A DNA stretch of 64,000 nucleotides from an uncultured Polaribacter sp. (GCA_963977615.1 CAXBPL010000002.1:32149-96148); one strand, 5' to 3'. Shown: positions 48,816 to 59,433, counted from the first letter of the stretch. The notes: generated from the letters alone by a model not told the origin. A program made the numbers and translations.

Positions 48816-49037
48816 ATGGAAAATGATTTCGATCCACTAAAAACTCAATACATAGAAACCGAAAAGAAATCAATATTTTTCAAATCGATTTCTATTTTAT
48901 TTATTATGATTTTTTTGCTTTTTCCTTTGGCTGAAATTGTAACTGAATTTGATTATAATTATATTGTTACGTATCCTAGTTATTCTTGTGTGATGGATAT
49001 TCAGGTAGAAGTTTTATCGTTTAAACCAATAAATTAA
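48816..49037 (+). CDS. Small hypothetical membrane protein
   Basis: 73-aa ATG ORF 9 nt after the thioredoxin-like gene, with one hydrophobic segment. Confidence 0.5.
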   Translation: MENDFDPLKTQYIETEKKSIFFKSISILFIMIFLLFPLAEIVTEFDYNYIVTYPSYSCVMDIQVEVLSFKPIN

Positions 49038-49119
49038 TATTTATTCCATTTTAAAAATAAAAGACGGCCAAGCATTAAATGTTTTTAATGCTTAAATATA
49101 TTTAATTTTTTTCGATAAA

Positions 49120-49914
49120 TTATTTTTTTCCTTTTAAAATCAATAAAGGAACATTTGTATAAAATTCTTCTTTTAAGATCGTATTCTTTTCCCAAAGCTT
49201 TTTAAAGAAACCTCTTTTACGTCTAAAAACACATAACATATCTGGATTATGAGTTTTTATATGCTCTAAAACTCCCTGAAAAGTAGTGGCGTTTTCAGTA
49301 ACTGTTAAGGTAGCTTGTAATTTCTCTAGGTCTTTATGAATCACTAAATCTTCTTCTTCGTAATTTGGCGTTTTTACCAACAATAAATTTACTTGAGTAT
49401 TAAACTTTTTAACGATATTCTGCAAAGGATGTAAAGCTGTTTTGCTTTTTAAAATACCAGATTTAAAGGCTAACAAAACGTTTTTAATAGGAATATATTT
49501 ATAGTTTTCAGGTACAGTTAATAAAGGTAAATCTGTTTGTTTTACAATACTTCCAGCTGTTTTTCCTAAAAATATTTCTTCTTTTATAGAGTTACTTTTT
49601 GCACCAACAATAATTAAATCGATACCTAATTCATCATCAATAGATAAAATGCTGTCCACTAAAGAACCTTTTGCAGAAATTAATTTAATATCTACGTTTT
49701 TTTTATCTACAGAATTTACCATAGTTCGCAAATACAAATTAGTTTCACGTTCAATAATATTGTTTACGTTTATCATAGTTCCCATTTTAGTTGGTGCACT
49801 ATAAGCTCTAAAAACAAAAACTTTCGCATTTGTTTCTGATGCAAAATCAATTGCATATTGTAAAGTATTTTGAGCATTTTCTGTAAATCCGATAGGAACT
49901 AAAATATTTTGCAT
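49120..49914 (-). CDS. Universal stress protein
   Basis: NILVPIGF...LQYAIDFA, DLIIVG...FLGKTAGSIVK..D.PLL.VP. Confidence 0.9.
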   Translation of the reverse strand: MQNILVPIGFTENAQNTLQYAIDFASETNAKVFVFRAYSAPTKMGTMINVNNIIERETNLYLRTMVNSVDKKNVDIKLISAKGSLVDSILSIDDELGIDLIIVGAKSNSIKEEIFLGKTAGSIVKQTDLPLLTVPENYKYIPIKNVLLAFKSGILKSKTALHPLQNIVKKFNTQVNLLLVKTPNYEEEDLVIHKDLEKLQATLTVTENATTFQGVLEHIKTHNPDMLCVFRRKRGFFKKLWEKNTILKEEFYTNVPLLILKGKK

Positions 49915-50006
49915 AGTAAAATTTTAAACCACAAAGTTACTAATTTTTCAGTAAGTAATATTTTTTCTCATTTTTTAGAACTGTACATTTGTGAAAATTA
50001 TTTTTT

Positions 50007-51338
50007 TTGAATACAGATATCAGTTTTAAACGAATTAACAAGCTTGCAATTCCTGCGTTAATTGCTGGTATTGCAGAGCCTTTATTATCCATAACAGATA
50101 CAGCAATTATTGGTAATATTAATGAAAATGCTACAGAAAGCTTAGCAGCTGTTGGTATTGTTGGCGCTTATATTTCTATGTTAATTTGGGTTTTTGGGCA
50201 AATAAGAAGTGCAATCTCATCTATAATATCTCAATATGTTGGCGCTAATAAATTAGCTGAAATAAAAACACTACCAGCACAAGCTATTGCAATTATTGTA
50301 GTTTGTAGTTTGCTGGTTGTGGCTGTTTCATATCCTTTTGCGAAGCAAATTTTCGAATTTTATAATGCTTCAGGACAAGTGTTAGCCTATTGCATTACTT
50401 ATTTTAAAATTAGAGTTTTTGGTTTCCCTTTTTCTTTATTTGTATTTGCGATTTTTGGTGTTTTTAGAGGTTTGCAAAACACATTTTATCCAATGATTAT
50501 TGCCATTATTGGTGCATTGCTAAATGTTGTTTTAGATTTTGCTTTTGTGTATGGAATTGATGGTTTTATAGAACCAATGTATATTGAAGGAGCTGCCTAT
50601 GCAAGTGTTATTGCTCAAATTACTATGGCAATTTTATCAATTCTTTTATTGATTAAAAAAACAGATATTTCTTTAAAAATAAGCACAAATTTTCATCCGG
50701 AAATCCCTAAATTATTGGGCATGATTGGCAATCTTTTTATAAGAACAATTGCTTTAAATACAGCATTATATTTTGCAACTGCTTATGCTACAGGTTATGG
50801 AAAAGAATACATTGCAGCCTATACAATTGGTTTAAATATTTGGTTATTAGGTGCTTTTATGGTTGATGGATATTCAAGTGCTGGGAATATTTTAGCAGGA
50901 AAATTACTAGGTGCAAAAGAATATAAAACGTTACTTCTTTTAAGCAATAAATTAATTAAATATGGATTGATAACAGGGATTATTATTGCTGCTTTTGGTT
51001 TTTTGTTTTATAATTTTATTGGTCAAATTTTCACCAAAGAACCTTTAGTTTTAGAACAATTTTATCATGTTTTTTGGATTGTTATTATAACACAACCCAT
51101 AAGTGCTATTACCTTTATTTTTGATGGAATGTTTAAAGGAATGGGTTTTATGAAGTATTTAAGAAATGTTTTAATTCTTTCTACAGCATTTGTTTTTATA
51201 CCAACGTTATTATTTTTCGATTGGCTAGATTATAAACTAGTTGCTATTTGGATTGCTTTTACTTTATGGATTTTAGCTAGAGGAATTCCTTTAATTATTA
51301 AATTCAGACGCACATTTTTGCCATTAGCAAATGCTTAA
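50007..51338 (+). CDS. MATE-family efflux transporter (DinF-like)
   Basis: LAIPALIAGIAEPLLSITDTA, GVFRGLQNT, LNVVLD; about 12 TM. Confidence 0.9.
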   Translation: MNTDISFKRINKLAIPALIAGIAEPLLSITDTAIIGNINENATESLAAVGIVGAYISMLIWVFGQIRSAISSIISQYVGANKLAEIKTLPAQAIAIIVVCSLLVVAVSYPFAKQIFEFYNASGQVLAYCITYFKIRVFGFPFSLFVFAIFGVFRGLQNTFYPMIIAIIGALLNVVLDFAFVYGIDGFIEPMYIEGAAYASVIAQITMAILSILLLIKKTDISLKISTNFHPEIPKLLGMIGNLFIRTIALNTALYFATAYATGYGKEYIAAYTIGLNIWLLGAFMVDGYSSAGNILAGKLLGAKEYKTLLLLSNKLIKYGLITGIIIAAFGFLFYNFIGQIFTKEPLVLEQFYHVFWIVIITQPISAITFIFDGMFKGMGFMKYLRNVLILSTAFVFIPTLLFFDWLDYKLVAIWIAFTLWILARGIPLIIKFRRTFLPLANA

Positions 51339-51394
51339 AGTTACTTTGCAAACACTTTTTATTTAAGTACATTTACTATTAAATCATTCAAAAT

Positions 51395-51859
51395 ATGAAT
51401 ATGAAAAAAATAATCTTTATACTTTTTTTAGGCACGCTTATTGTAGCTTGTAAAAAAGAAAAATCATTAGAAGAGTATATGACAGATTCTTGGCAAACAA
51501 CTTATTTAAAGTTAGAAATGCCAACATATGAGAAATCTGATTCTTTATATGTTTTTGAAGATAAATTTGATAAAAATCCAACATTAATTGCACAATCTAT
51601 TTACCATAAAGATGGCACTTTTAATGCTTGGTTTATCAACAAAGAAGGAGAAAAAATTTCTGAATCTGATGGGAATTGGAGTGTGAAAAATGATTCGCTT
51701 TTTGTTGATTTCAGCTATAATAATAGAGATATAAAAGTTGGATATTATATTGAAAAAACTGCAGAAGGGTTTTTAGGAAAAAGCACTTTCGATTGGGATA
51801 ATGATGGTGCCTTAGACGATTTTTTAACAATGAAAACAAAACGTATAAAAACAAACTAA
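51395..51859 (+). CDS. Hypothetical lipoprotein (lipocalin-like)
   Basis: Lipobox LIVAC; DGTF...GNWSV beta-rich pattern. Confidence 0.7.
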   Translation: MNMKKIIFILFLGTLIVACKKEKSLEEYMTDSWQTTYLKLEMPTYEKSDSLYVFEDKFDKNPTLIAQSIYHKDGTFNAWFINKEGEKISESDGNWSVKNDSLFVDFSYNNRDIKVGYYIEKTAEGFLGKSTFDWDNDGALDDFLTMKTKRIKTN

Positions 51860-51862
51860 AAG

Positions 51863-53320
51863 TTGATCAATTTTAAGAAAGTATCTTTAAAAATACGTAT
51901 TTTTTTATCTACCATTTTATTGGTGCTATTGGCATCAATTTTAATTTTGGTGGTTACAGTGTATCAATATGATGAGCAAACAAAAGACTACAACATTCAT
52001 CGTTTTGAGCGTAAAGAAGCTACTACCATAGAAACGATTGATTTAGAACTCACAAACAAAACAAGTTATCCTGTAAAAACTGAAAATTTATCGAAGATAT
52101 TTCAAGAGCGTATTTATGAAATTTCATCCATTAATAAATTAAATATTTCTATTTTCGATTTGCATGGAAATTTATTGGTTTCCTCTAAAACGAATGCTTT
52201 TGAAGACAACCAAATAAAGCCTTTAAGCTACAATAATTTAAATAATTTAAACCAAAACTCAAACCATAGAATTTTAATTTCTGATGAAAAAGATGGGATG
52301 GGTCATCAAGCTTCTTACACCTATATTCACGACCCGAAATTTAAAAGAATTGGTATTTTAGAATTACAATTTAGCCAAGACAATTCAGAAATTGAACACG
52401 AGTTAAAAGAATTTATTTCGAGATTAGGATTGGTGTATTTATTAATGTTATTTATTGCTATTGCTTTAGCCTACTTTCTATCAAGTTATATTACACGTTC
52501 TATAAAAACGATTTCTGATAAAATGCAACAGACTCGTTTAAACGAACGTAATGAAAAAATTACAATAGATTCTGCCAGTTCAGAGATTGAAGTTTTAATT
52601 GAAGCCTACAATAATATGATAGATCAATTAGAGGAAAGTGCTGTGAAATTAGCAAAAAGTGAGCGTGAACAAGCTTGGAGAGAAATGGCAAAACAAGTTG
52701 CACACGAAATTAAAAACCCATTAACGCCAATGCGTTTAACAGTGCAAAGTTTTGAGCGTAAATTTGACCCACAAGACGAAAAAATTAGAGAAAAGTTGGC
52801 AGAATATAGTCAAACTTTAATTCAACAGATAGATGTGATGAGTTCTATTGCTTCTGCTTTTTCTGATTTTGCAAAAATGCCAACACAAAACAGAGAAAAA
52901 ATAAACGTAGTAAGTGTTGTAAAGCTAGCAATCGATATTTTTAACGAGGATTTTATTAATTATAAAACTACAGAGAAAGAATTATTTGCAAATTTAGATA
53001 AAACGCAATTAATTAGAGTGGTTACCAATTTGGTTAAAAATGCGCAGCAAGCTATTGAAGGTATAGAAAACCCTATTATTGATGTTACTGTTTTATCAGA
53101 AAGAAACAATATAAAAATCATAGTTTCAGACAATGGAAAAGGAATTCCAGAAGACGTAAAAGATTTAATTTTTGAACCTAAATTTACAACCAAAACAAGT
53201 GGAATGGGACTTGGTTTAGGAATGATAAAAAATATTATTGAAGCATATGAAGGTAGAATTTCTTTTACATCTAAAGAAGGAATAGGAACTATTTTTACAG
53301 TAATTTTACCCAAAGAATAA
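51863..53320 (+). CDS. Sensor histidine kinase (NtrY-like)
   Basis: Two TMs, HAMP, H-box AHEIKNPL, NLVKNA, DNGKGI, GMGLGL. Confidence 0.92.
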   Translation: MINFKKVSLKIRIFLSTILLVLLASILILVVTVYQYDEQTKDYNIHRFERKEATTIETIDLELTNKTSYPVKTENLSKIFQERIYEISSINKLNISIFDLHGNLLVSSKTNAFEDNQIKPLSYNNLNNLNQNSNHRILISDEKDGMGHQASYTYIHDPKFKRIGILELQFSQDNSEIEHELKEFISRLGLVYLLMLFIAIALAYFLSSYITRSIKTISDKMQQTRLNERNEKITIDSASSEIEVLIEAYNNMIDQLEESAVKLAKSEREQAWREMAKQVAHEIKNPLTPMRLTVQSFERKFDPQDEKIREKLAEYSQTLIQQIDVMSSIASAFSDFAKMPTQNREKINVVSVVKLAIDIFNEDFINYKTTEKELFANLDKTQLIRVVTNLVKNAQQAIEGIENPIIDVTVLSERNNIKIIVSDNGKGIPEDVKDLIFEPKFTTKTSGMGLGLGMIKNIIEAYEGRISFTSKEGIGTIFTVILPKE

Positions 53321-53362
53321 TTAGTAATTGTCTTATATTTAAGGCTCTAAAAAATATATAGA

Positions 53363-54145
53363 ATGGATTTTGAAAATATTATAGTAGAAAAAGGAGATGG
53401 TCTTGGACAAATAACTATTAACAGACCAAAAAAATTAAACGCATTAAATAAAGATACAATCACAGAATTAAGTTTAGCCTTTAAACTTTTGGAAGATGAT
53501 ACAGAAGTGAAAGTTATTATCTTAACAGGTTCTGGAGAAAAAGCATTTGTAGCTGGAGCAGATATTTCTGAATTTGCTAATTTTTCTGTTGATGAAGGAG
53601 GTAATTTAGCTAGAAAAGGACAAGAAATATTGTTTGATTATGTAGAGAATTTATCAACGCCAGTTATTGCTGCAATTAATGGTTTTGCATTAGGTGGAGG
53701 TTTAGAATTGGCAATGGCTTGTCATTTTAGAGTAGCTTCAGATAATGCAAAAATGGGTTTACCAGAAGTTTCTTTAGGTGTAATTCCTGGTTATGGAGGT
53801 ACACAACGTTTGCCTCAATTAGTTGGCAAAGGCAAAGCAATGGAGTTAATTATGACTGCTGCAATGATTACTGCACAGGATGCAAAAGAATGTGGACTTG
53901 TAAACCACGTAACTACTTTAGAAGAGTTATTACCTTTGGCAGAAAAGTTAGCTGGCAAAATGATGCGTAATTCATCTGTAGCAATTGCAAGTGCTATTAA
54001 AGCTGTAAATGCAAATTTTAAAGATGGTGTAAACGGATTTGATGTAGAAATTAATGAGTTTGGAAACTGTTTTGGAACTGAAGATTTTACAGAAGGTACC
54101 ACTGCTTTTTTAGAAAAAAGAAAGCCTAATTTTCCTGGTAAATAA
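53363..54145 (+). CDS. Enoyl-CoA hydratase/isomerase
   Basis: NRPKKLNAL, FVAGADI, ALGGGLELAMAC, PEV.LG.IPGYGGTQRL. Confidence 0.95.
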   Translation: MDFENIIVEKGDGLGQITINRPKKLNALNKDTITELSLAFKLLEDDTEVKVIILTGSGEKAFVAGADISEFANFSVDEGGNLARKGQEILFDYVENLSTPVIAAINGFALGGGLELAMACHFRVASDNAKMGLPEVSLGVIPGYGGTQRLPQLVGKGKAMELIMTAAMITAQDAKECGLVNHVTTLEELLPLAEKLAGKMMRNSSVAIASAIKAVNANFKDGVNGFDVEINEFGNCFGTEDFTEGTTAFLEKRKPNFPGK

Positions 54146-54169
54146 GTATATCCTTTAAATAATAAGCAT

Positions 54170-54200
54170 AAAAAAACGAGCCATTATTGGCTCGTTTTTT
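54170..54200. terminator. Bidirectional terminator
   Basis: aaaaaacgagcca-ttat-tggctcgtttttt. Confidence 0.8.
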
Positions 54201-54242
54201 ATTTTGAATTTACTGAATTCAATTTGTGTAAATATTTTAACT

Positions 54243-54821
54243 TTAAAGTTTAAAATTGTTTACATAACTTTTACCATTGTTGAAAGAAACTACTCTATAA
54301 TCTCCTTTTAAACCTTTATCTAAACTATAAACTCTATTTAAAATTTTATCACCTTCAAGTGTTTCAGAATAAATAATTTCGTTTTTGTAGTAAATATAAA
54401 TTTTTAAAGGCTCTGCATCAAAAGCAATTTTAGTAATCATTAGTTTATTATTTTCATTTCTAACAATTGGTTTGAAAATAAATCTGTCTGCACCTGTAAA
54501 AGTTACATTTTTATTAATAACTTCTATCGATTTTATAACAAATTGAAAATCTTTTTCTAGTTCTAACGTATAAATTCCATTTTCTAAATCAGATAAATTA
54601 AAGGTTTTTACAAGTGTTCCTTCCTTTATAATTTCCTCTGAATGAAGAATTGCTCCATTAGCATCTTTAATAGTTAATTGATTTCCTTTTTTAGCATTAT
54701 CAAAAGTTACTCTTACTTTATCAGCACTCACTAAAGTGTTTGAATCATTGTTATTTGCAAAGTTTACGATTGTAACTAACATAAAGATTGCTACAAATAC
54801 TTTTCTTTTAATTGTTCTCAT
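54243..54821 (-). CDS. Secreted protein with two tandem small beta-sandwich (DUF3244/CTD-like) repeats
   Basis: Signal peptide; I.D..G.ILHSE...KTFNL..LE.G.Y is repeated as IIYSE...RVYSL...KGDY. Confidence 0.7.
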   Translation of the reverse strand: MRTIKRKVFVAIFMLVTIVNFANNNDSNTLVSADKVRVTFDNAKKGNQLTIKDANGAILHSEEIIKEGTLVKTFNLSDLENGIYTLELEKDFQFVIKSIEVINKNVTFTGADRFIFKPIVRNENNKLMITKIAFDAEPLKIYIYYKNEIIYSETLEGDKILNRVYSLDKGLKGDYRVVSFNNGKSYVNNFKL

Positions 54822-55071
54822 ATTATTTAATTTTAAGTTATTTTTCTATTTTATTGTCAATTAATAGCATTGCTTTTATATGTTGATGACATTACTTTTG
54901 TTTGACACTGCAAAGTTAGGCTACAAATAAAGGTCTGAAAACAACACAATTGGTCATTTTATGTGCTAAATTAACAGGTATGTTAGTGTTAAATGAATGT
55001 TAAGTTAAAATACTATATAAAAATGATAATTTTATATAGATACTCATTTAACAATGTTGTATTTTTGCAGC

Positions 55072-55941
55072 ATGATGCAAAAACCTACCCTAGAAAAAAT
55101 TACCCCCAATTTTGGAAGTTCTTTTTTATTAAAAAAGCACGAAGAGTTTTTAAAAACAAACACCCCATTTTGGCATTTTCACCCAGAAATAGAACTGGTG
55201 TACGTAAATAAAGGAAAAGGGAAAAGACATATTGGGAATCACATAAGTTACTTTAATAATAGTCAATTAGTATTAATTGGTTCTAATTTGCCACATATTG
55301 GCTATTTAGATCGTTTAACAACGAATGGTTCAGAAACATTAATTCAATTTTTGCCAGATTTTTTAGGGAAAGGATTTTTTAAAATTCCAGAAATGGCTGC
55401 TATTGATGCACTTTTTGAACGTGCAAAAAAAGGAATACGATTCAATATTGAAATTAAGCAGAGAATTGGTGCTAAAATTGAAAAACTAATCGATTTAGAA
55501 GGAGCAAACAGAATTACTTCATTTATAGAAATTTTAAATGATTTAGCTACAACAGACGATTACACATTATTAAATGCAAATGGTTATGCTTTTGAAAGTT
55601 CGCATCAAGACAGTAATAAGATAGAACTTGTTTACAAACACATCAACGAAAATTTTAAAGATCATATTAGTTTAGATGAGGTTTCTGAGTTGGTAAGTAT
55701 GACTGTTCCTGCGTTTTGTAGATACTTTAAAAAATCTACAGGTAAAACTTTTACAAAATTAGTAAATGAATATAGAGTTGTACATGCAACCAAATTGTTG
55801 GCAGAAAGTACTATGAATATCACAGACATTAGTTTTGAATGTGGTTTTAATAATTTTTCTCACTTTAATAAATTATTTAAAGAGTTTACAGGTAAAAGTG
55901 CTTCTGTGTATAGAAGCGAATTAAAAAGTTTAATACAATAA
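55072..55941 (+). CDS. AraC-family transcriptional regulator
   Basis: WHFHPEIEL cupin domain; AFCRYFKK, ECGFNNFSHFNKLFK; start likely at the ATG at 55072. Confidence 0.93.
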   Translation: MMQKPTLEKITPNFGSSFLLKKHEEFLKTNTPFWHFHPEIELVYVNKGKGKRHIGNHISYFNNSQLVLIGSNLPHIGYLDRLTTNGSETLIQFLPDFLGKGFFKIPEMAAIDALFERAKKGIRFNIEIKQRIGAKIEKLIDLEGANRITSFIEILNDLATTDDYTLLNANGYAFESSHQDSNKIELVYKHINENFKDHISLDEVSELVSMTVPAFCRYFKKSTGKTFTKLVNEYRVVHATKLLAESTMNITDISFECGFNNFSHFNKLFKEFTGKSASVYRSELKSLIQ

Positions 55942-55944
55942 ATT

Positions 55945-56130
55945 ATGGGGTTATTATTAGACAATAAAATTGATAAAGCTTTAGAATATTACAATTTTAA
56001 AAGCAATCAACTAAAAGATTTTGTCAACTCAAGTAAAGACTTAACAGTAGAACAAATTATAGAATTTGGCGAAGAATTAGCAGTTTTAGAATATAAAATT
56101 ACTGCTTTAGAAGTAGCCAATGAGAGTTAA
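55945..56130 (+). CDS. Small hypothetical protein
   Basis: 61-aa helical ORF 3 nt after the AraC stop. Confidence 0.65.
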   Translation: MGLLLDNKIDKALEYYNFKSNQLKDFVNSSKDLTVEQIIEFGEELAVLEYKITALEVANES

Positions 56131-56173
56131 AGAAGACTTTATATTTAGTATATTTTATTAATTACTAGTAAGA

Positions 56174-56220
56174 TGTCAATTCGAGTGATTTCGTTTTTGG
56201 GTCAAATCGTATCGAGAACT
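56174..56220. repeat. Flavobacterial intergenic REP-like hairpin
   Basis: tgtcaattcgagtgattt...aaatcgtatcgagaac with complementary arms (ttcga/tcga, gattt/aaatc), between convergent genes. Confidence 0.5.
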
Positions 56221-56253
56221 CATGCAGAATAAAAAGTTTTAAATTTTATAACC

Positions 56254-56913
56254 CTACAACTTTCCATTCCATTCATTATAAAATTGCTGTAAATAGATTT
56301 CCATAAATTGATGTCTACTTTCAGCAATTTTTTTGCCAGAAGTTGTATTCATTTTATCTTTTAGCAATAATAATTTCTCGTAAAAATGATTAATTGTTGG
56401 TGCAGTAGAGGTTTTATATTCCTCTTTTGTCATTGTTAAGTTGGGTATAATTTCAGGATCATATAAAGCTCTGTCTTTAAAACCTCCATAATTAAAACAA
56501 CGAGCAATACCAATAGCTCCAATAGCATCTAACCTATCTGCATCTTGCACAACCTCTAATTCTTTTGATGTAAATTGTTTAGAATCATCTCCTAAAGAAT
56601 TTTTAAAAGATACATGTTTGATAATCTTTACAACATGTTGCCCAATTTCTTTCGGTACTTTTTGTTCAATTAAAAATTGGGTTGCTATTTTAGGACCTAA
56701 ATTTTCATCACCATTATGAAATTTAGGATCTGCAATATCATGTAATAACGCTGCTAAAGACACCACAAAAACATCTACTTTTTCTCCTGTTGATATCAGC
56801 AAAGCATTTTTAAAAACACGTTCTATATGAAACCAATCATGTCCACCTTCAGCGTCTTTTAACTCTTCTTTTACAAAAGCAATTGTATTTTGAATAATCT
56901 GTTCTTGGTTCAT
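56254..56913 (-). CDS. HD-domain phosphohydrolase
   Basis: GHDWFHIERV, ALLHD, QDADRLDAIGAIG, HFYEKLL. Confidence 0.92.
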   Translation of the reverse strand: MNQEQIIQNTIAFVKEELKDAEGGHDWFHIERVFKNALLISTGEKVDVFVVSLAALLHDIADPKFHNGDENLGPKIATQFLIEQKVPKEIGQHVVKIIKHVSFKNSLGDDSKQFTSKELEVVQDADRLDAIGAIGIARCFNYGGFKDRALYDPEIIPNLTMTKEEYKTSTAPTINHFYEKLLLLKDKMNTTSGKKIAESRHQFMEIYLQQFYNEWNGKL

Positions 56914-57287
56914 GTTGTATTTTTAGATGTTTTAAGTTCGATAATTGATAAAATAATAATGACAATTATTTCTAAAATAAAGTAAAGAATTTCAAAAATA
57001 GTAAGTTTTGTAAAATGATAAAAGACAAATGTTAAAGTTAAAAGGCAGTAACACAAATTGGCAAGAGCTATTATTTTAAGGAAATTATTTATTTTTTCAA
57101 TTTTTAGATAACAAAATAAAGAATATATAAAATAAAATAAAGGAATTACTGCCAGTAATCTTAATATTTTTTTTGGCATTCCTAAAATATCATCAAGGTA
57201 AATTAACCCAAAGACAATTATAATTGATGATAGAATAGCGCCTATTGCATCAATTAAAATAAGTTTTCTTGGGTTTATTTTTATCAT
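56910..57287 (-). CDS. Hypothetical 4-TM membrane protein
   Basis: LIDAIGAILS...IIALANL.YC...YFILEI; overlaps the HD gene by 4 nt. Confidence 0.75.
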   Translation of the reverse strand: MIKINPRKLILIDAIGAILSSIIIVFGLIYLDDILGMPKKILRLLAVIPLFYFIYSLFCYLKIEKINNFLKIIALANLCYCLLTLTFVFYHFTKLTIFEILYFILEIIVIIILSIIELKTSKNTT

Positions 57288-57293
57288 TAATAA

Positions 57294-57533
57294 TTATTTC
57301 CTTGAATGTAATTCTTGTTTTAATTTTTTTGCTTCATAAATCATCAAAAAAAGCATTGGTATAAAAAACAAAGGCAAAAAAGTATGAAAAGAAACGCCAT
57401 TTTCAATGGTGGAAGCCACAGCAAAAATAATCATCAAAAGAACTACAAAACCTTTAATAACCGCAAACTTCTTTTGGTTTTTTAATTTTTTCTCTAATTC
57501 TGCTTTTGTGTAGGTAGAAAATTGTGAAGCCAT
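57294..57533 (-). CDS. Small 2-TM hypothetical protein
   Basis: 79 aa, two hydrophobic segments, ends KQELHSRK. Confidence 0.7.
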   Translation of the reverse strand: MASQFSTYTKAELEKKLKNQKKFAVIKGFVVLLMIIFAVASTIENGVSFHTFLPLFFIPMLFLMIYEAKKLKQELHSRK

Positions 57534-57550
57534 ATATTAGTTTTTAATTT

Positions 57551-57579
57551 AAAAAAAAATCCACTTAAAAAGTGGATTT
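57551..57579 (-). terminator. Probable terminator after the Brx gene
   Basis: A-run followed by aaatccactt-aa-aagtggattt. Confidence 0.6.
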
Positions 57580-57619
57580 AATATTGTTATTTGATGCAAT
57601 AAAATCTTGTTTTAAAATT

Positions 57620-58030
57620 TTAGCAATGCTCATTATAAGCAGCAGCCAAATTTTGTGCAATCATTTGTGCAGATCTTCCTTCAATATGATGACGCTCTAA
57701 CATGTGTACTAAGTTACCATCTTTAAACAAAGCAATTGCTGGTGAAGATGGAGGAAAAGGCATCATAAACTCTCTTGCTTTTTGAGTAGATTCTTTTTCT
57801 ACTCCAGCAAAAACAGTTGTTAAATTATCAGGAGTTTTTTCGCCACCTAAAGAAGCAACAGCTCCTGGTCTTGCAGTTCCTGCTGCACAACCACAAACAG
57901 AATTTACAACTACTAATGTTGTTCCTTTTTTAGACATTGCGTTTTCAACATCTTCATTCGTATATAATGCGTCAAAACCTGCGTTTGTTAACTCGTCACG
58001 CATTGGTTTTACTAATTCTTCTGGATACAT
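57620..58030 (-). CDS. BrxA/BrxB-family bacilliredoxin
   Basis: MYPEELVKPMR.ELT, NSVCGCAAG.ARP, TVFAG, PPSSP, RHHIEG; start at 58030. Confidence 0.93.
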   Translation of the reverse strand: MYPEELVKPMRDELTNAGFDALYTNEDVENAMSKKGTTLVVVNSVCGCAAGTARPGAVASLGGEKTPDNLTTVFAGVEKESTQKAREFMMPFPPSSPAIALFKDGNLVHMLERHHIEGRSAQMIAQNLAAAYNEHC

Positions 58031-58146
58031 AATTCTTAAATTATTTACATTCTTAAAATGCAAATTTAATTAAATAAACTGTAATTATTAAAAATAAACC
58101 AAACTCAATATAGATAGTACTATAAGAATTTATTATTTTGATGCAA

Positions 58147-58521
58147 TTATTTTAATTCGAGTTCAAAAGTTCTTTTCTCTGTAAGTACATGGCATTCATC
58201 TGCAGTTACAATTATAGGTTCACTTACAAACGTTTTATAATTATCAGCAGTTACAGTTAAAATATAGGTTCCTTTGCGTTCTCCAGCTCCATAAAAAGAC
58301 ATGTTTGACTCAGATATTTCTAGAGTTTCCTCGTAATTACCATCTTTAGCAACTATTGTAATATTTCCATTTATTGGGTTTGCTGTTGTTTTTTCAGTAA
58401 AATTTATAGCTAAACCATAGACAAAATTATACGTACAAATAATATTTTCAGTATTGTTTTCTTTACAGCTATTAAAAGAGCATATAAAAGTAAAAAGTGC
58501 AATTAGTTTTATTGATTTCAT
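58147..58521 (-). CDS. Lipoprotein with a carboxypeptidase-regulatory-like domain
   Basis: Lipobox FNSC; GAGERKGTY.LTV...Y, DECHV. Confidence 0.7.
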   Translation of the reverse strand: MKSIKLIALFTFICSFNSCKENNTENIICTYNFVYGLAINFTEKTTANPINGNITIVAKDGNYEETLEISESNMSFYGAGERKGTYILTVTADNYKTFVSEPIIVTADECHVLTEKRTFELELK

Positions 58522-58659
58522 AGTATTAGTATTTTTTTATAAGATGCTTTATTATCAATTTGGTTGCGTATCAATTCAAAAAATTAATAAAATCTTTTAA
58601 TCGATAAAAATTTCAAATATCAATCATTTCTTATATTTGAAGTCAAAATTATAAAGTTT

Positions 58660-59433
58660 ATGAGTAGTTTTTCTAAATGGTTGGGTGCAGGATTGGGTTT
58701 TACATTAGGTGGACCCATTGGTGCAGCAATCGGTTTTGCCATTGGTAGTTTTGTAGATGGTTTCGAAATTGATGGTTTTAAACAAGAACAAATAGATTAC
58801 AATAAAGATAGACCAGCAGGAAATAGTAGATATACAAGGCGAAATGTAAATACACAATCTGGCGATTTTGAAATGAGTCTGCTTGTTTTGGCATCAATTG
58901 TTATAAAATCGGATGGAAAAGTAGACAAACGTGAATTGGAGTTTGTGCGTTCTCAATTTTTATCAATGTATGGTAAAGAACGTGCAAATAGTGCTTTTAA
59001 ACTGTTTAAAGGAATGGTTAAAAAAGACATTTCTGCACGTCAAGTTTGTATTCAAGTTAGAGAACATATGTCTCACGCTTCTCGTTTACAACTATTGCAT
59101 TTTTTGTTTGGTATTGCAAAAGCAGATGAATTTGTAAGTGAAAAAGAAGTTGATGAAATTCACAAAATTTCTGGTTATTTATATATCAATTCTCACGATT
59201 TTGAGTCGATAAAAGCCATGTTTTATGATTCTTCAGAAAATGCTTATAAAATTTTAGAGATAGATAAAACTGCCACCAATGATGAAGTAAAAACTTCGTA
59301 TAGAAAAATGGTGAAAAAATATCATCCAGATAAATTACAAGATTTGGGCGAAGAACATTTACAAGGCGCAAAAGAAAAGTTTCAAAGCATACAAGATGCT
59401 TATGAAAAGATAAAAAATGAAAGAGGTTTATAG
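58660..59433 (+). CDS. djlA: DjlA-like co-chaperone (TerB-like plus J domain)
   Basis: GGPIGA TM segment, KSDG...EL, C-terminal J domain with KKYHPD. Confidence 0.88.
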   Translation: MSSFSKWLGAGLGFTLGGPIGAAIGFAIGSFVDGFEIDGFKQEQIDYNKDRPAGNSRYTRRNVNTQSGDFEMSLLVLASIVIKSDGKVDKRELEFVRSQFLSMYGKERANSAFKLFKGMVKKDISARQVCIQVREHMSHASRLQLLHFLFGIAKADEFVSEKEVDEIHKISGYLYINSHDFESIKAMFYDSSENAYKILEIDKTATNDEVKTSYRKMVKKYHPDKLQDLGEEHLQGAKEKFQSIQDAYEKIKNERGL

